Shown one piece after another: positions 25,858 to 60,987 of a stretch of DNA of 64,000 nucleotides; the stretch's first letter is position 1, and every line of letters begins with the position of its first letter. A model generated the notes under the pieces. It made no database searches and had not been told where the DNA came from. It saw only the letters and a program-made list of their open reading frames with translations. The DNA is from Eledone cirrhosa. Lineage: Eukaryota. Location: NCBI GenBank assembly GCA_964016885.1, contig OZ024765.1:3782001-3846000 (forward strand). Reading direction: 5' to 3'. The translations under genes and the position numbers were made by a program.

Positions 25858-28800
25858 TATATAGGAAAATAGTCAGGACCCCGACTTCTGAGCTCCAGCC
25901 GTTTGGACAGCGAGATATGAACTAAGCCAGCAGTATATCGAGTACTCTGGTGCATCATGGCCCACCTGGTTTCTTACCACACTTTCTTTGTTTATATATA
26001 TATATCATCATCATCGTTTAACGTCCATCTTCCACGCTAGCATAGGTTAGACGGTTTTGTTCCATTTGATGCGGAGACCATGTCTCGCTTGCACGGAAGC
26101 TGGATGCCCTTCCTAACACCAACCACATTTACAGTATGGACTAGAAGCCTTTTCCCCATGTATCCTACATGGCCACCTTACAGTGTGGACTTGTGTCATT
26201 GACACAGTGGACAGAACGAGAGAGGGAGGGAAGGGGTAGGGTGTATATTGCGTTAAGAGATGCCTACTGACTGTAGGTTTGTTTGCAATGGCAGTCGGGT
26301 CCTCTGTACAACTGCATGGCACCAAAGATCTTGATCCAGTGACATTGTCTTAGAGAGGTGTCAGTGAGCAAGGTCAGTTTTTATCACGTCGTCCCAGGTT
26401 TTTCTTGGTCTACCCACTCTGTAGCTTCCCCTCAATATATATTACAGGTAATATATTTCAGGTAAAACAACCCTTGTCAAAGGTTTTCAAGTGAACATGA
26501 GAGAGATATGATTTCTGTGCATCTATCAAGTTGGGGATGCTGAATGATTACAACAACAACAAAAATAAGTTTTCTTCAAACAAACTACAAGACTCTTCTG
26601 TATATTTGTTTTTTGAACTAAATATTTATTATCTAAAATGTTTCTCATTTATTAAACAGAAAAAAAAAAATTCATGGAGACAATAAAAGACAATCTTCAT
26701 TGATCCACCCAACAAATTGTTTTCCACCTCTGCTAAAACAATATACCACAGGCAAGACTGCAAAGAAAATATACAAAACATTATGGAAGTCATCATCATC
26801 ATCATCATTTTACGTCCGCTTTTCCCTGCTTGCAAGGGTGGGACGGGAACTGATTCTGGCTTGATTTCTACAGCTGGATGCCCTTCCTAACACCAACCTC
26901 ATTTACAGTGAGTGCTGGGTGCATTTTTTCCGTGGCGCCTGCACGTCCACTTTACAGTGTGGGCTGGGTGCTTTATTGCCGTGGTACCTCCACAACCATT
27001 TTGCAGTGGAATGATAGGGACCCCAGTCCCTATCACCTCATAGCTGAGTAAACTGGAGCAATGTGAAATAAAGTGTCTTGCTCAAGGAAACAACACATCA
27101 CCCGGTCTGAGAATTGAACTCACAACCTTTCGATTGCAAGGCCAATGCTCCAACCACTAAGCCATGTGCCTCCATATGTATATATACATATGTTTTGCCT
27201 CCATATTCATTCATTTCATTTCATTTCATTTTACGTCCGCTTTTTCCCTGCTTGCAAGGGTGGGACAGGAACTGATTCTAGCTTGATTTCTACAGCTGGA
27301 TGCCCTTCCTAACACCAATCTCATTTACAGTGAGTGCTGGGTGCTTTTTTCCGTGGCACCTCCATGTCCACTTTACAGTAGAATGATAGGGACCCATAGG
27401 GACTGGGGTCCCTATCATCTCATTTCTACAGCTGAGTAAACTGGAGCAATGTGAAATAAAGTGTCTTGCTCAAGGAAACAACACATCACCTGGTCTGAGA
27501 ATTGAACTCACAACCTTTCGATTGCAAGGCCAATGCTCTAACCACTAAGCCATGTGTATATATATATAGTATATATATATCTATATAGTAATAATTGTTT
27601 CTACTTTTTGGCACAAGGCCAGCAATTACCCAGTGCATTACTGGTACTTTATTTTATTGATCCCGTAAGGATGAAAGGCAAAGTTAACCTCGGCGGGATT
27701 TGAACTTAGAATGGCAAGGGCCGTAACTCTATGCATCAAAGCATGGTGTCCGACCCTCTACCGATACTGCCAATCCATCATATATATATAGTAATAATGT
27801 GATGTGTTGTTTCCTTGAGCAAGACACTTTATTTCACATTGCTCCAGTTTATTCAGCTGTAGAAATGAGATGATAGGGACCCTAGTTAGTGTTAGGAAGG
27901 CCATCCAGCTGTAGAAATCAGGCCAGAATCAGTTCCCGTATGAGCAAGACAAGGTGAGCCGACCGGACACTGCCCACAACAGGCCAACCCGTCTAACCCA
28001 TGCTAGCGTGGAAGAACGGACGTAAAACGGTGATGATATATATATATGCATATATGAAATAGAAGCTTTCACTGCAAGGTGGTCGTGGAGGTACCACGGC
28101 AAAAAAGCACCCAGCCCACACTGTAAAGTGGTCGTGGAGGTACCACGGCAAAAAAGCACCCAGCCCACACTGTAAAGTGGACGTGGAGGCGCCACGGAAA
28201 AAAAAGCACCCAGCACTCACTGTAAATGAGGTTGGTGTTAGGAAGGGCATCCAGCTGTAGAAATCAAGCCAGAATCAGTTCCCGTCCCACCCTTGCAAGC
28301 AGGGAAAAGCGGACGTAAAATGATGATATGAAATAGATAGTTTTTTTACAAAAGCAATATAAAAATTTAGAAACATGGGTGGAGAAGTTAAAAACAGCTC
28401 AAAATACAGTAATTTACTATAATAAACACTACAAAAGGCTGTTTCATACTTCTTTGAAAGAATCTTTCCAAAAAAGCATGTATACAAAATCCTATTGTAC
28501 TAAAAATAATTGTTTCTACTTTTGGCACAAGGCCAGCTTTTTTACCAGTGCATTACTGGTACTTTATTTTTTTATCGACCTCGGAAGGATGAAAGGCAAA
28601 GTTAACCTCGGCAGGATTTGAACTCAGATCATACAGGGAGGTAACTCTATGCTTCAAAGCATGGCAAACGACCCTAAAAATAATAGTCACTCATGAAGAT
28701 AATTATTCATTAAAATAGACACCAAATACGTTTTTACATTTAATGTAAAAACATATTTAGTATCTATTTTAATATATATATATATATATGTCCCACATTT

Positions 28801-28946
28801 GCAAGCAGGGAAAAGCGGACGTAAAATGATGATGATGAAGACATATATATGTATATAGAGGGGGGGCTAAGCATAAGAGGTATAAAATGTTGTGTTCTGG
28901 CGAGGAGAGCCATGATAAAATACACTTGATAGAATGTGGAAATATA

Positions 28947-29476
28947 TACGAGGTGGCTTCAAAAAGTTTGTGGAAAAAAGACAGTTGAAAAAATGGTTTA
29001 GGTTATGTTTATTTTTTAATATATGTTCCAGCTAGGTCAATACACTTCTGCAACTGTTGATGTCAGCCTTTAAGTCCATCTGTGTAAAACTGGGGGCCGT
29101 GTGATTTAAACCATGTCAAAGCAGCTTTTTTTTACATCTTGAACCTCATCTCTTCCACTTCTAAAACAACTTATCCATTTGTAGGTTGTTTATTTCTTTG
29201 GGGCACTGTCCCCATAAACTTGCTCCAGAGCGTCAATGATTTGGTTGCTCTACCACCCTAGCTTCACCATGAATTTGATGTTTTGATGGAGACCATGTTG
29301 CTCAAATTGGTGCTGATTTCTGATGGCGGTGCCGCATTGCAACATGCGTTTAAGGGTTCATGTTAGAACATGTTATGATCCGTATGTACGAGACCGTACA
29401 GGTGCATTGAGATCAAAATCCTTGCATATGATTTTTAGTTATTACTTTTTCTACAAACCTTTGAAGCCCCCTTGCA
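28947..29476. mobile_element. Tc1/mariner-like non-autonomous element
   Basis: Imperfect TIRs tacgaggtggcttcaaaaagtttgtggaaaaaag / ctttttctacaaacctttgaagcccccttgca. Confidence 0.55.
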
Positions 29477-29623
29477 TAAGGAAAAAATGAGGGGCCTTCC
29501 CTCTCAAATAGAGGGTTGGCGAGACATGACAACCTCCTGTGTTGGTGCCATGACAACAGGTATTTGGTAGAGCATGGGATTGTAGGGTGGGCCCTTGGCT
29601 CATCTGGGAGCCTGAGGATTTGC

Positions 29624-30163
29624 TTAACCCTTTAGCATTTACATTACTCTATACTTACTATTTACTATTGTGTTTTCACAGTAAATACTTTATCTCACAT
29701 AATATCAAATCTATGAGATTTTGATATTATATATTTTGAGAACAATACCTTCACATAAGTATAAGTGGCCGGTTATAGATAGGGCCAGTTTGAACAGAAA
29801 AAGGTCTGAGAATTCTGGCCGGATATCATCATCATCATCTTCGTTTAACGTCCATCTTCCACGCTTGCATGGGTTAGACGGGAGTTGTCCCACTTGAGTC
29901 AAGATTGGTCGGGTGACCGTGTCTCACTCGTATAGGAGTGTCTGGCAGGTTTTCTACGGCTGGATGCCCTTCCTAACACCAACCACATTTACAGTGTGGA
30001 ACTGAGAACTTTTTACCGTGCCACCCACACGACCACATTATAGCATGGACTGTGTGTTTTTTTTCTCGTGACACCTACACAATCTTGATCTCATTATCTC
30101 ATTTATTTGGACTGGATGTTGTGGTACCAACTTATATATCTGGTTTAAATGCTAAAGGGTTAA
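29624..30163. mobile_element. piggyBac-type MITE with a nested SINE (~29826-30137)
   Basis: Both TTAA-CCCTTTAGCATT termini are intact. The right subterminal region is split by a (CAT)n-tailed SINE. Confidence 0.8.
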
Positions 30164-30406
30164 GTCCTCACCAATCAGTGTCTCCACATCTAATCCTTGG
30201 TAGCAGGGAAAAACAGACATTAAATGACGGTGATGATGATGATGATGATGATGATCATGATAATGGTGCCCAATAAAATCTAAACAAGGGTGAGAAAGAT
30301 GCAGAGGGAACACGACACCCCACCACCACCAACACATACAGAACTATGAAAACGTTACCAATAGCAACAAGAATATCCTCTCACCTCATTTGACACTATC
30401 ATGTGG

Positions 30407-40370
<9,964 letters not shown>

Positions 40371-41141
40371 GTTGTCTCCGCACTTTTACCCACAATACAC
40401 TGCGAAATCACTATTCATTCAATTCACTACACTTCCTGTCTATTTGTATTTTGTTTTTAAATCTCTTTTGATTATCTCCCCTTTGCTTCCTCTCCTCCCT
40501 TTCTTTGTCTCACTCTCTCTTTCTCGCATACAAATACACCCCCTATCTCTCTCTCTCTCACACACACTCTCTCGCACACATACACACAAGCACACCCTCT
40601 CTCTCACCCACTCACACACACTCTCTCGCACACATACTCACGAGCACACCCTCTCTCTCACTCACACACACACTCTCGCGCACACATACTCACAAGCAGA
40701 CCCTCTCTCTTACTCACACATACTCACAAGCACACCCTCTCTCTTACTCACACACACTCTCTCGCACACATCCACACAAACAAACCCTCTCTCTCTCACA
40801 CATACAAATACACCCTCTCTGTGTCTTATTCAAATACAGTTGTGATCTCTTAAATTTCACCTTCAAAATTCTAACGAAACCTACCCATAAAATAAAAGAT
40901 AAAAAATGATTCGTATACAAACGGGTGTGATATTCCAGGCTCCAACTGTCAACGTTTGCTCCCTCCAGGACTCTCTTTAGGGTCTCAGGATATGCAATCT
41001 TTGTCCGTCCATCTATCTCACACCTCCCCAGGACAGGTCGAGGGCTCATCGCCAGTTTTTACAGCATGAAATGGAGACTTCAATATAATTTTTGAACAGG
41101 TTACTCTACCTAAGGCCTGAACGAATCCCTTGTTAACCCAC

Positions 41142-41670
41142 GCTCATCATCATCATCATCATCATCACCATAATCATCCGGCGGCCTCAGCCGAAATGGA
41201 CTCAACAATTGATATCTACGTGGGTCTGCTGTTCGGTGCCGTTGCCAAATCCTGGATTTCGATACCAGAATCTCTGGAGATGGCATCGGGACAGGAGAGC
41301 TTGCGCCCCCTGTTATTAGTAACTGCTTGTGGTTTCCAAAGCACTAATAGGGACACAGCCTCGTAGGTGGCACGATGGAAGTGGCCAGCAAATCAGGATT
41401 GGAGAGCTTGCACCCTCTGTTATTAGTGACTGCTTGTGGTTTCCAGAGCACTCATGGGGACACAGCCTCAGAGGTGGCACGATGGCAGTGGCCAGCAAAT
41501 CTTACTCTCATTTTACGTACAACAACAGATATACGTGGGAGGCCGGCATATATCTCTCTCAAAGTCAGATGTCGCAAGTTTATGTTCTGAATGTGTCGAA
41601 GCAGGTGAGTGAAAGTACCACCAAGGGGCTTTTGTTGTTTGGATGTGAAACATGGATGCTTTCATTCAAA
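41142..41670. mobile_element. Rearranged RTE-like LINE fragment
   Basis: (CAT)n tail and LINE C-terminus on -, LLFGCETW motif on +. Flanked by taacccacgct / taacccgcact. Confidence 0.5.
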
Positions 41671-42057
41671 TAACCCGCACTAAGGACGATGCAGTGTGGT
41701 TCCTTTTCGTGTCTCTCACCATATTACAGTTTTGGTCGGTCTTATTCGTCATGGGTGTAATAATAGAAATTTACCCCCCACAATCCACCCGTAAAAAGCA
41801 GGATGGTCTTATTTCAAATGTCCTTAAGTGTTTGACTATAATTAGTTATTCTATGACCAAAAACAAATTTCGAAATCAAACAATATATAGTGTATGTTAA
41901 AGTATATATATATAAGAAGCGTTCAGATCTAGCTGTCGAAACGGCCGGAGCTCAGCCGTTGGGGTCCTGATTCATTTCCTATTACTCACTCTACTACCCT
42001 AAGTATTGAGTACTTTGGTGCGATGGTCCACCTGGTTCCTTACCACATTTCCCTCGT

Positions 42058-42215
<158 letters not shown>

Positions 42216-42361
42216 GCAGCTATATAAGGTGTATGTATACTTGTATATATATATACACACCATATATATTTCATACGAAATATACAATAATATATATGTA
42301 TACACAACAAATAATGAGTAAATAGGATTATAAGCCTAAATACGAATCTCCACGACAGCCA

Positions 42362-42434
42362 GCCCGGCTAGCTCAGTCGGTAGAGCACGAGACTCTTAAT
42401 CTCGGGGTCGTGGGTTCGAGCCCCACGTTGGGCG
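42362..42434 (+). tRNA. trnK-CTT: tRNA-Lys(CTT)
   Basis: 73-nt cloverleaf GCCCGGCTAGCTCAGTCGGTAGAGC...CTCTTAA...GGTTCGAGCCCCACGTTGGGCG with a T11 Pol III terminator just downstream. Confidence 0.97.
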
Positions 42435-43228
42435 GAGCATTTTTTTTTTTGTTAACTTGAATAAATTTGACATCTTTTATGATATTAACATGATTAAATT
42501 TTGAGAAATTAATATGTTATGAATTTTTTTATATTTAGAGAATAGTCATATAAATGTTTATTCGCAATACATGTATTTCACTCACATACCTAAAATTATG
42601 AGGCCAATAATTTTGGAGGGCGGGGAAAGTCAGCTAAATCGACCTCAGTATGTGACTGGTACTTTATTTATCGACCCCGTAAGGATGAAAGGCAAGGCTA
42701 ACCTCGGCGGGACTTGAACTCCTACAGTTTATGTTATATATATATATATATATATTTCAATGTGGCCTACCTTTGGTGGTAGGGTCCGTACCGTAGATAG
42801 AGCCCAATATAATCTGATGACGAGTAATCCAGTGAAATCCATAGAAGTTGGTCAAGCAATCGACCGACCGATTATAGTGTAATTTGGTTTAAGCACTCCA
42901 CATCATGGGTACCATAAGGTATTATGATGGTATCTGGTATCAGACGGAGTGTCAATGTTATAAAAAGAAGAGAAGTGGTATCACGTATACGTCTTCAGTT
43001 ATATACATATACAAACACAAACACATATGGTTCACTCTTATGCTTGATAAATCCCATTTAAAAAGAGTAGCTAAGTGCCCTGAAAATGCTTTGTTGTTGG
43101 TAGTCAAGCACCATTAACATATATTTCATATTGGATCGGGATTCACTATAAATTTCATCCCGCCACACCTTGACAAATAACACACCTACCTGTGTATTAA
43201 TGACTTAAACTACCACCTTCACTAGCCA

Positions 43229-43301
43229 GCCTGGCTAGCTCAGTCGGTAGAGCACGAGACTCTTAATCTCGGGGTCGTGGGTTCGAGCCCCACGTTGGGC
43301 G
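43229..43301 (+). tRNA. trnK-CTT: tRNA-Lys(CTT), C4>T variant
   Basis: Identical to 42362-42434 except position 4. T-run terminator about 8 nt downstream. Confidence 0.94.
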
Positions 43302-44882
43302 AAGCAATATTTTTATTAAATATTTACTTGTTTTATATTTTGTAAGTTTGACAAAGTACCAAATCCGCAATATGGTGAGAGATACGAAAGAGAACCATAC
43401 TGAATTGTCCTCAGGTGGGTTGTCAAGTAATGCGTTCAGGCCTTTGTTAGAGGAGCCTGTCGAAAAATATATTACAGTCTCCATTTCATACTGTAAAATT
43501 TAGCGATGGACCTCAGCGACCTGTCCTGAGAGGCATGGGATAGACGCACAAAGGTTTCGTATCCTGAGACCTCAAAGAAGGTCCAGAAGGGAGCAAACCT
43601 TGACAATTGAAACCTGGAACATCATAACTCTTCTTTGTTTTATTTAGAAACCTGAATGTAAATCATAAACGCCCATAATGTTCCTGTGAGTAGCGGTGAA
43701 CCCAGATAATGTGTTTGTGGACTCGTTACTCTTGATTGGGGTCGCAGAGTGACCATAGTGATATAGGGTGTATCTTGGGCATTTTAAGCCTAGCTTTGAA
43801 TAGCGCCGGTTCTTTCAGAAAAGGAGAAAGAGACTGATAAAGGGGAAATGTCTCGTAACATACCTTTTCTTCTATGTTCACAATACCTGGCAGGGTCGTG
43901 GGGGCAGAGTCCTCAAGCACGCTTTCCAGCGCGCCGTCACAAGCAACTATAGCGCTGGGTCCCCAAGCTAGACGAGCTGAACTCATCGATGTTATCCAAC
44001 CAACTTGCTCGAGGTCTACCCCCGGGTCTCCTGTCGGTTGATTTTGCCCGTAAAATCTGTCCAGGGATTTATTATTTCTTTAGACATTCTGACCACATGT
44101 CCGTAGTATCGGAGTTGTGTTCTCCCAATTCGGAGATGTAATGGCTCTACATGAAGTGACTCCCTGAAAGAACCTCATATCATACATTCACCTTCAATCA
44201 ACATCGCCCCCAGCCCCTAACATCACATATCCACCCTCATCTCTAGCACCTTACAGTCAGTCAGAACCACCCCCATCTTTAGCGCCTAAGATCATAACAA
44301 CCACCCCCATCTCATCATGACAACCATCCTCACCTCCAGTGGCTAACATCATAACAACCACCCTCATCACTAACGCCTGACAATTACAGTCAGTATCACA
44401 CACAAACGGACATTTATTTAACCAACAGAACACCTTCTTAGTTCTGGCGCCTCACTTCACAATGAAAGCAAGCACGCACTGGTCTCTTTTTAATCTCCTT
44501 TACACTAAAGAGTTCTAAAACTTAGTCGGAAGTAGCCTTGCACACATGCGCACTAATGTCTTAGTATTTATATTATTTTCCTCAAGCATGGGTTTGGGAA
44601 CCAAAATTTACGGAAAAACCTGAGACATATATCTCTGATATATGGACAAGCGACTGGAAATCATGTTCGCAATATAATATATATATATATTTTGCCATTG
44701 CTTCTTTCCTTATTTTAAATACGATCGTTATTATTATTAATATTATTATTATACCGCTACTGGTACCCGTCACACTTTATAAATCTATTGACCCCGTCTC
44801 TCTCTCTATACTTCCATTTCGTCCTCATTTTTACCGGTAACTCATATAAAATATATATATATACACATATATATACATATAT

Positions 44883-44934
<52 letters not shown>

Positions 44935-45424
44935 ATATACAGATGTATGTGTGTGTTTAGATTACCATTGTGCTGAAAGAAACTTTCAAATATTACCTGA
45001 ATGAGCACTCAATACGTGTGAGCAGAGTATAAATCATTTATTTTCTGGATAGAAAAAGGAAGGTAGTGACTTCGAAGTTTCAGCTTATTGCTTCAAACAA
45101 ACACATACATAAATACATAGTGTGTGTATATATATATATTTATTATTATTATTAATATATATATATGTATATATTTATATATGTAATTAAAACTATATAT
45201 AAGGACTAACTATATACAAGACACTCAAGAGACATTATATACAAATACATGTATATATATATAAATATACTTCACTAGTGTATATATATATATATATATA
45301 TACACGACCTGTCCATAACTTGGTTTAAAAATATATATATGATACACACGCACACATATATATATGTGTGTGTGTGTATAAGTAAAGCTATACATCATTA
45401 AAAGGCAGGGAAAAGTTTTCCAAA

Positions 45425-57071
<11,647 letters not shown>

Positions 57072-57352
57072 CATCACGCTCTCTAATGAATCACCATCGC
57101 TCTTAACAACTCTCACAGTGTGTACAGTGGACATGTATGCAGGCACATGTCTCTATATGTGTGTGTGTGTGTGCACATGTCTATATATATATATATATAT
57201 ATGTGTGTATACACGTCTATATGTGTGTATGTATATGTCTATATATGTGTGTGTGTATGTACATGTCTATATATATATGTGTGTGTGCACGTGTCTATAT
57301 ATATGGGTGTGTATATGTGCACATATCTATACATATGTATGTGTATGCACAT

Positions 57353-57383
<31 letters not shown>

Positions 57384-57639
57384 ATACACATGTCTATATG
57401 TGTGTGTACATGCACTTATCTATATATATGTGTGTATACTATATTTTTCCACATGTATGTGTGTGTGCATGTATATAATATATACTTACCTAAATGTGTG
57501 TTTGTGTGTGTAATATGTTTACCCAGATCTATGTGTATGTCTAATACACACATACATTCATGGGAATGTGTGTATGTGTGTAATACAGACTTACCTACAT
57601 ACATATACCTGTATAAAAGTGTGTATATGTATCTGTGTG

Positions 57640-57850
57640 TGTATATGTATGTATGCATCTGTGTGTAATATATACATAAACACACACGTGTACCTGTATA
57701 AAAGTGTGTATGTGTGTGTGTATGCATCTGTGTGTAATATATACATAAACACACACGTGTACCTGTATAAAAGTGTGTATGTGTGTGTGTATGCATCTGT
57801 GTGTAATATATACATAAACACACACGTGTACCTGTATAAAAGTGTGTGCA
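57640..57850. repeat. 69-bp tandem repeat, 3 copies
   Basis: gcatctgtgtgtaatatatacataaacacacacgtgtacctgtataaaagtgtg repeated. Confidence 0.75.
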
Positions 57851-58302
57851 TATGTATATATGTATCTGTGTGTGTGTGTATGTATATATCTTTATGTATA
57901 TATGTATATATATATATATATATATATAGAATTTGTTGTGCCTGTATATTTCTAAGAATGAGAACAAACAATTTAACCATGACTCAAGTATACTGATCTC
58001 ACAAACATCCCCTCACTGCAGATCAAGGAGGGTAGAAGGGTTGACTGGATTGAAACCAGGGACCTCGAAATATTTAAAGGGACCCAAATTAATGTTTTTG
58101 TTCTTGTGAATGATATGCAAGGGATCCCAATGAAATTTTCACCCCGAGGCCAACTCCATGCAAGGCTAATAATCCAGCCCCTTCTTTTCACTCCAAGAGA
58201 AGTGTGATGTTTATAATGAAATCTAGAGGGTGTATATTTATTATCTTCAATACTTCTATACACCCTGAGCTTCAGTCTTGCATATATAAAGAATTTTCAC
58301 TG

Positions 58303-58358
<56 letters not shown>

Positions 58359-58424
58359 AAAAGAGTCGGGACCCTGACGGTTGAGCTCCGGCCATTTCAA
58401 CAGCTAGATCTGAGCTAAGCCAGT

Positions 58425-58487
<63 letters not shown>

Positions 58488-58616
58488 AAAGTTTTATTTA
58501 AGATTGTTGGGTTACAACGAGTAAATATTTTATAACTGATATAAAAGCACTCAACAGTTTCTGGAGTAGGTTTACGATATTAAACAAATGGAAAACTATA
58601 TTTATAAAACCATATT

Positions 58617-58682
58617 TATTTCGTTATATATATTTCTGGGATATCATATTAAAAATATGGTATGCCTTCCTCAGACAAAATA
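58617..58682 (-). ncRNA. Type I hammerhead motif, (UA)n stem III
   Basis: Reverse complement of 59185-59250. Confidence 0.65.
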
Positions 58683-59184
58683 CAATACATAAGCTGTTTT
58701 ATAAATAATTATTGACATACCTTATAATAATGCAACTTCCATTTAAAAAGTTGATTTGGTAGTGAAACTGTTATGACAGTTATATAGAAAGAAAAACGAA
58801 GATGAGAAGAAGATGAAGAGATGTATACACTGGACGTGATTTATGTGTCAGCTAGTTTAACTGTATCCCTTCCCTCCTTAACCTCTCACATATACGATGA
58901 TCATCTGTCCAAAAGCTGCCTACTATATTTTTTCACCTCCTCAATGTATTTCTCTCTCCCATATCTCCTTGTCTCTCTATCTCGCTCTGTTGTTTTTCTT
59001 TACATACATCTCTTCATCTTCTTCTTTTTTTATTTACATACATCTCTTCATCTTCTTCTTCTCATCTTCGTTTTTCTTTCTATATAACTGTCATAACAGT
59101 TTCACTACCAAATCAACTTTTTAAATGGAAGTTGCATTATTACAAGGTATGTCACTAATTATTTATAAAACAGCTTATGTATTG

Positions 59185-59250
59185 TATTTTGTCTGAGGAA
59201 GGCATACCATATTTTTAATATGATATCCCAGAAATATATATAACGAAATA
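59185..59250 (+). ncRNA. Type I hammerhead motif, (UA)n stem III, overlapping AATAAA
   Basis: tattttgt CTGAGGA a GGcATAcCATATT ttt AATATGaTATcCC a GAAA TATATA TA acgaaata. Stem I 8 bp. Confidence 0.68.
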
Positions 59251-59290
59251 AATATGGTTTTATAAATATAGTTTCCATTTGTTTAATATC

Positions 59291-59349
<59 letters not shown>

Positions 59350-60079
59350 TAGTTCCGCAACAGTTAGTTCACCATACCGAGAACAAATGTTTCACTTTAT
59401 TCGGAACCTCACAAGCTAAAGATCTGAAAAAGGTGAAACAATTGTTCTCAGTATGGTGAACTAACTGTTGTGGAACTACTTCTACCAAACTCATCCCATG
59501 GACTGAGTGCTCTACTACTACTGATATAACCCTCCAATGTTCTACTATTATATATACATATATATATATCTATATATCAAAATACGAGGCATATATCATA
59601 AGAACAGAGGAGAAAGAACTATGATATAATATATTAGATGCCTTTAGCCAAAGGAAAGCGTGCTCAATGCTTAGAGATGCGATGTTAAATATTATAGTGG
59701 AGTTAATATTTAAGGAGTGTTATGTGCAGAAGATAAGCAGAATGGGTATAATCAGAAATATATGGAGGAGAAAGCAAGACATTTAAAAACGATTTAATTC
59801 TTACACAGTGTTTCCTCTTCAAGTACATTTACAATACAGTAAGTAGATATATGTGTGTGTATGTATTCCAGAGTAGAAATGTGCTTATAAGGCTCACCCA
59901 AAAAAATATATACTGTGGAATATAGGAATATATACGCTAGCGTGGAAGATGGACGTTAAACGAAGATGATGATGATACACACATATGTCTACCTAGTGTA
60001 TTAAAAATATACTTGGACGAAACACCGTGATTAAATTTTGCTTTTTTTTCCTTGCCTTCTCCTCCATATATTTCTGAGA

Positions 60080-60126
<47 letters not shown>

Positions 60127-60413
60127 AACGAGTAGGACCCCAAAGGCTGAGCTCAAGCCGTTTCGACAGCTAATTCTGGACTATTTTAGTCCAGAATTAG
60201 CCGTCGAAACGGCTTGAGCTCAGCCGTCGGGGTCCTACTCGTTCCTATTACCCACTCTACTACCCTAAGTATTGAGTACTTGGCAACCAAAAATTTGAAA
60301 AAGGATAATAAACAACCTTCGGCCTCCTGGACACACGGTAGATTTTTAAGACTTAATTTAGGAAAGGGGTAGCATCTTCAACGTCGGAAAATATGGTAAA
60401 TTATATATATATA

Positions 60414-60715
60414 TATATATATTTCAAGGACACCAAGTTAAATTATGATGTGCTTTCATCAGATAAAATATAATATAGAGCAGTTTTATAAATAAATATT
60501 GACATGCCCTTAAAGAATGCGACCATTTCTGTTGGAAGCTCCCGGATAGAAATGGTCGCATTCTTTAAGGGTATGTCAATATTTATTTATAAAACTGTTC
60601 TGTATTATATTTTATCTGATGAAAGCACACCATAATTTAACTTGGTGTCCTTGAAATATGTATAATGAAATAAATATGGTTTTATAAATATAGTTTCCAT
60701 TTGTTAATATATCGT
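60414..60715. mobile_element. Palindromic element (centre ~60539), same family as 58573-59292, between (TA)n tracts
   Basis: 60414-60530 pairs with 60548-60664. Shares the tail ataaatatggttttataaatatagtttccatttg. Confidence 0.85.
60608..60672 (+). ncRNA. Intact type I hammerhead motif overlapping AATAAA
   Basis: tattttat CTGATGA AAGcACACCA [10 nt] TGGTGTcCTT GAAA TATGTA TA atgaaata. Confidence 0.78.
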
Positions 60716-60721
60716 ATATAC

Positions 60722-60776
<55 letters not shown>

Positions 60777-60834
60777 TGAGATTCTACAGGACTAGAACTT
60801 ACTGTGGTTACCTCCGATTCAACCCGGAATAACG

Positions 60835-60866
<32 letters not shown>

Positions 60867-60933
60867 AATATATATATATATATATATACATAAATATATA
60901 TATATATATATATACATAAATATATATATATAC

Positions 60934-60987
<54 letters not shown>

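Larger units (their letters stand above)
58573..59292. mobile_element. Fold-back element (~255-bp arms, ~210-bp spacer) with an outward-facing hammerhead motif in each arm
   Basis: 58573-58826 is the near-exact reverse complement of 59037-59292. The right end abuts (TA)n. Confidence 0.85.

Noticed and set aside
42808-42877. CTGATGA...GAAA with terminal tataa/ttata stem (hammerhead or C/D snoRNA)
   Set aside because: Stem II does not pair, there is no NUH before the stem, and box D is CCGA; neither model is met.
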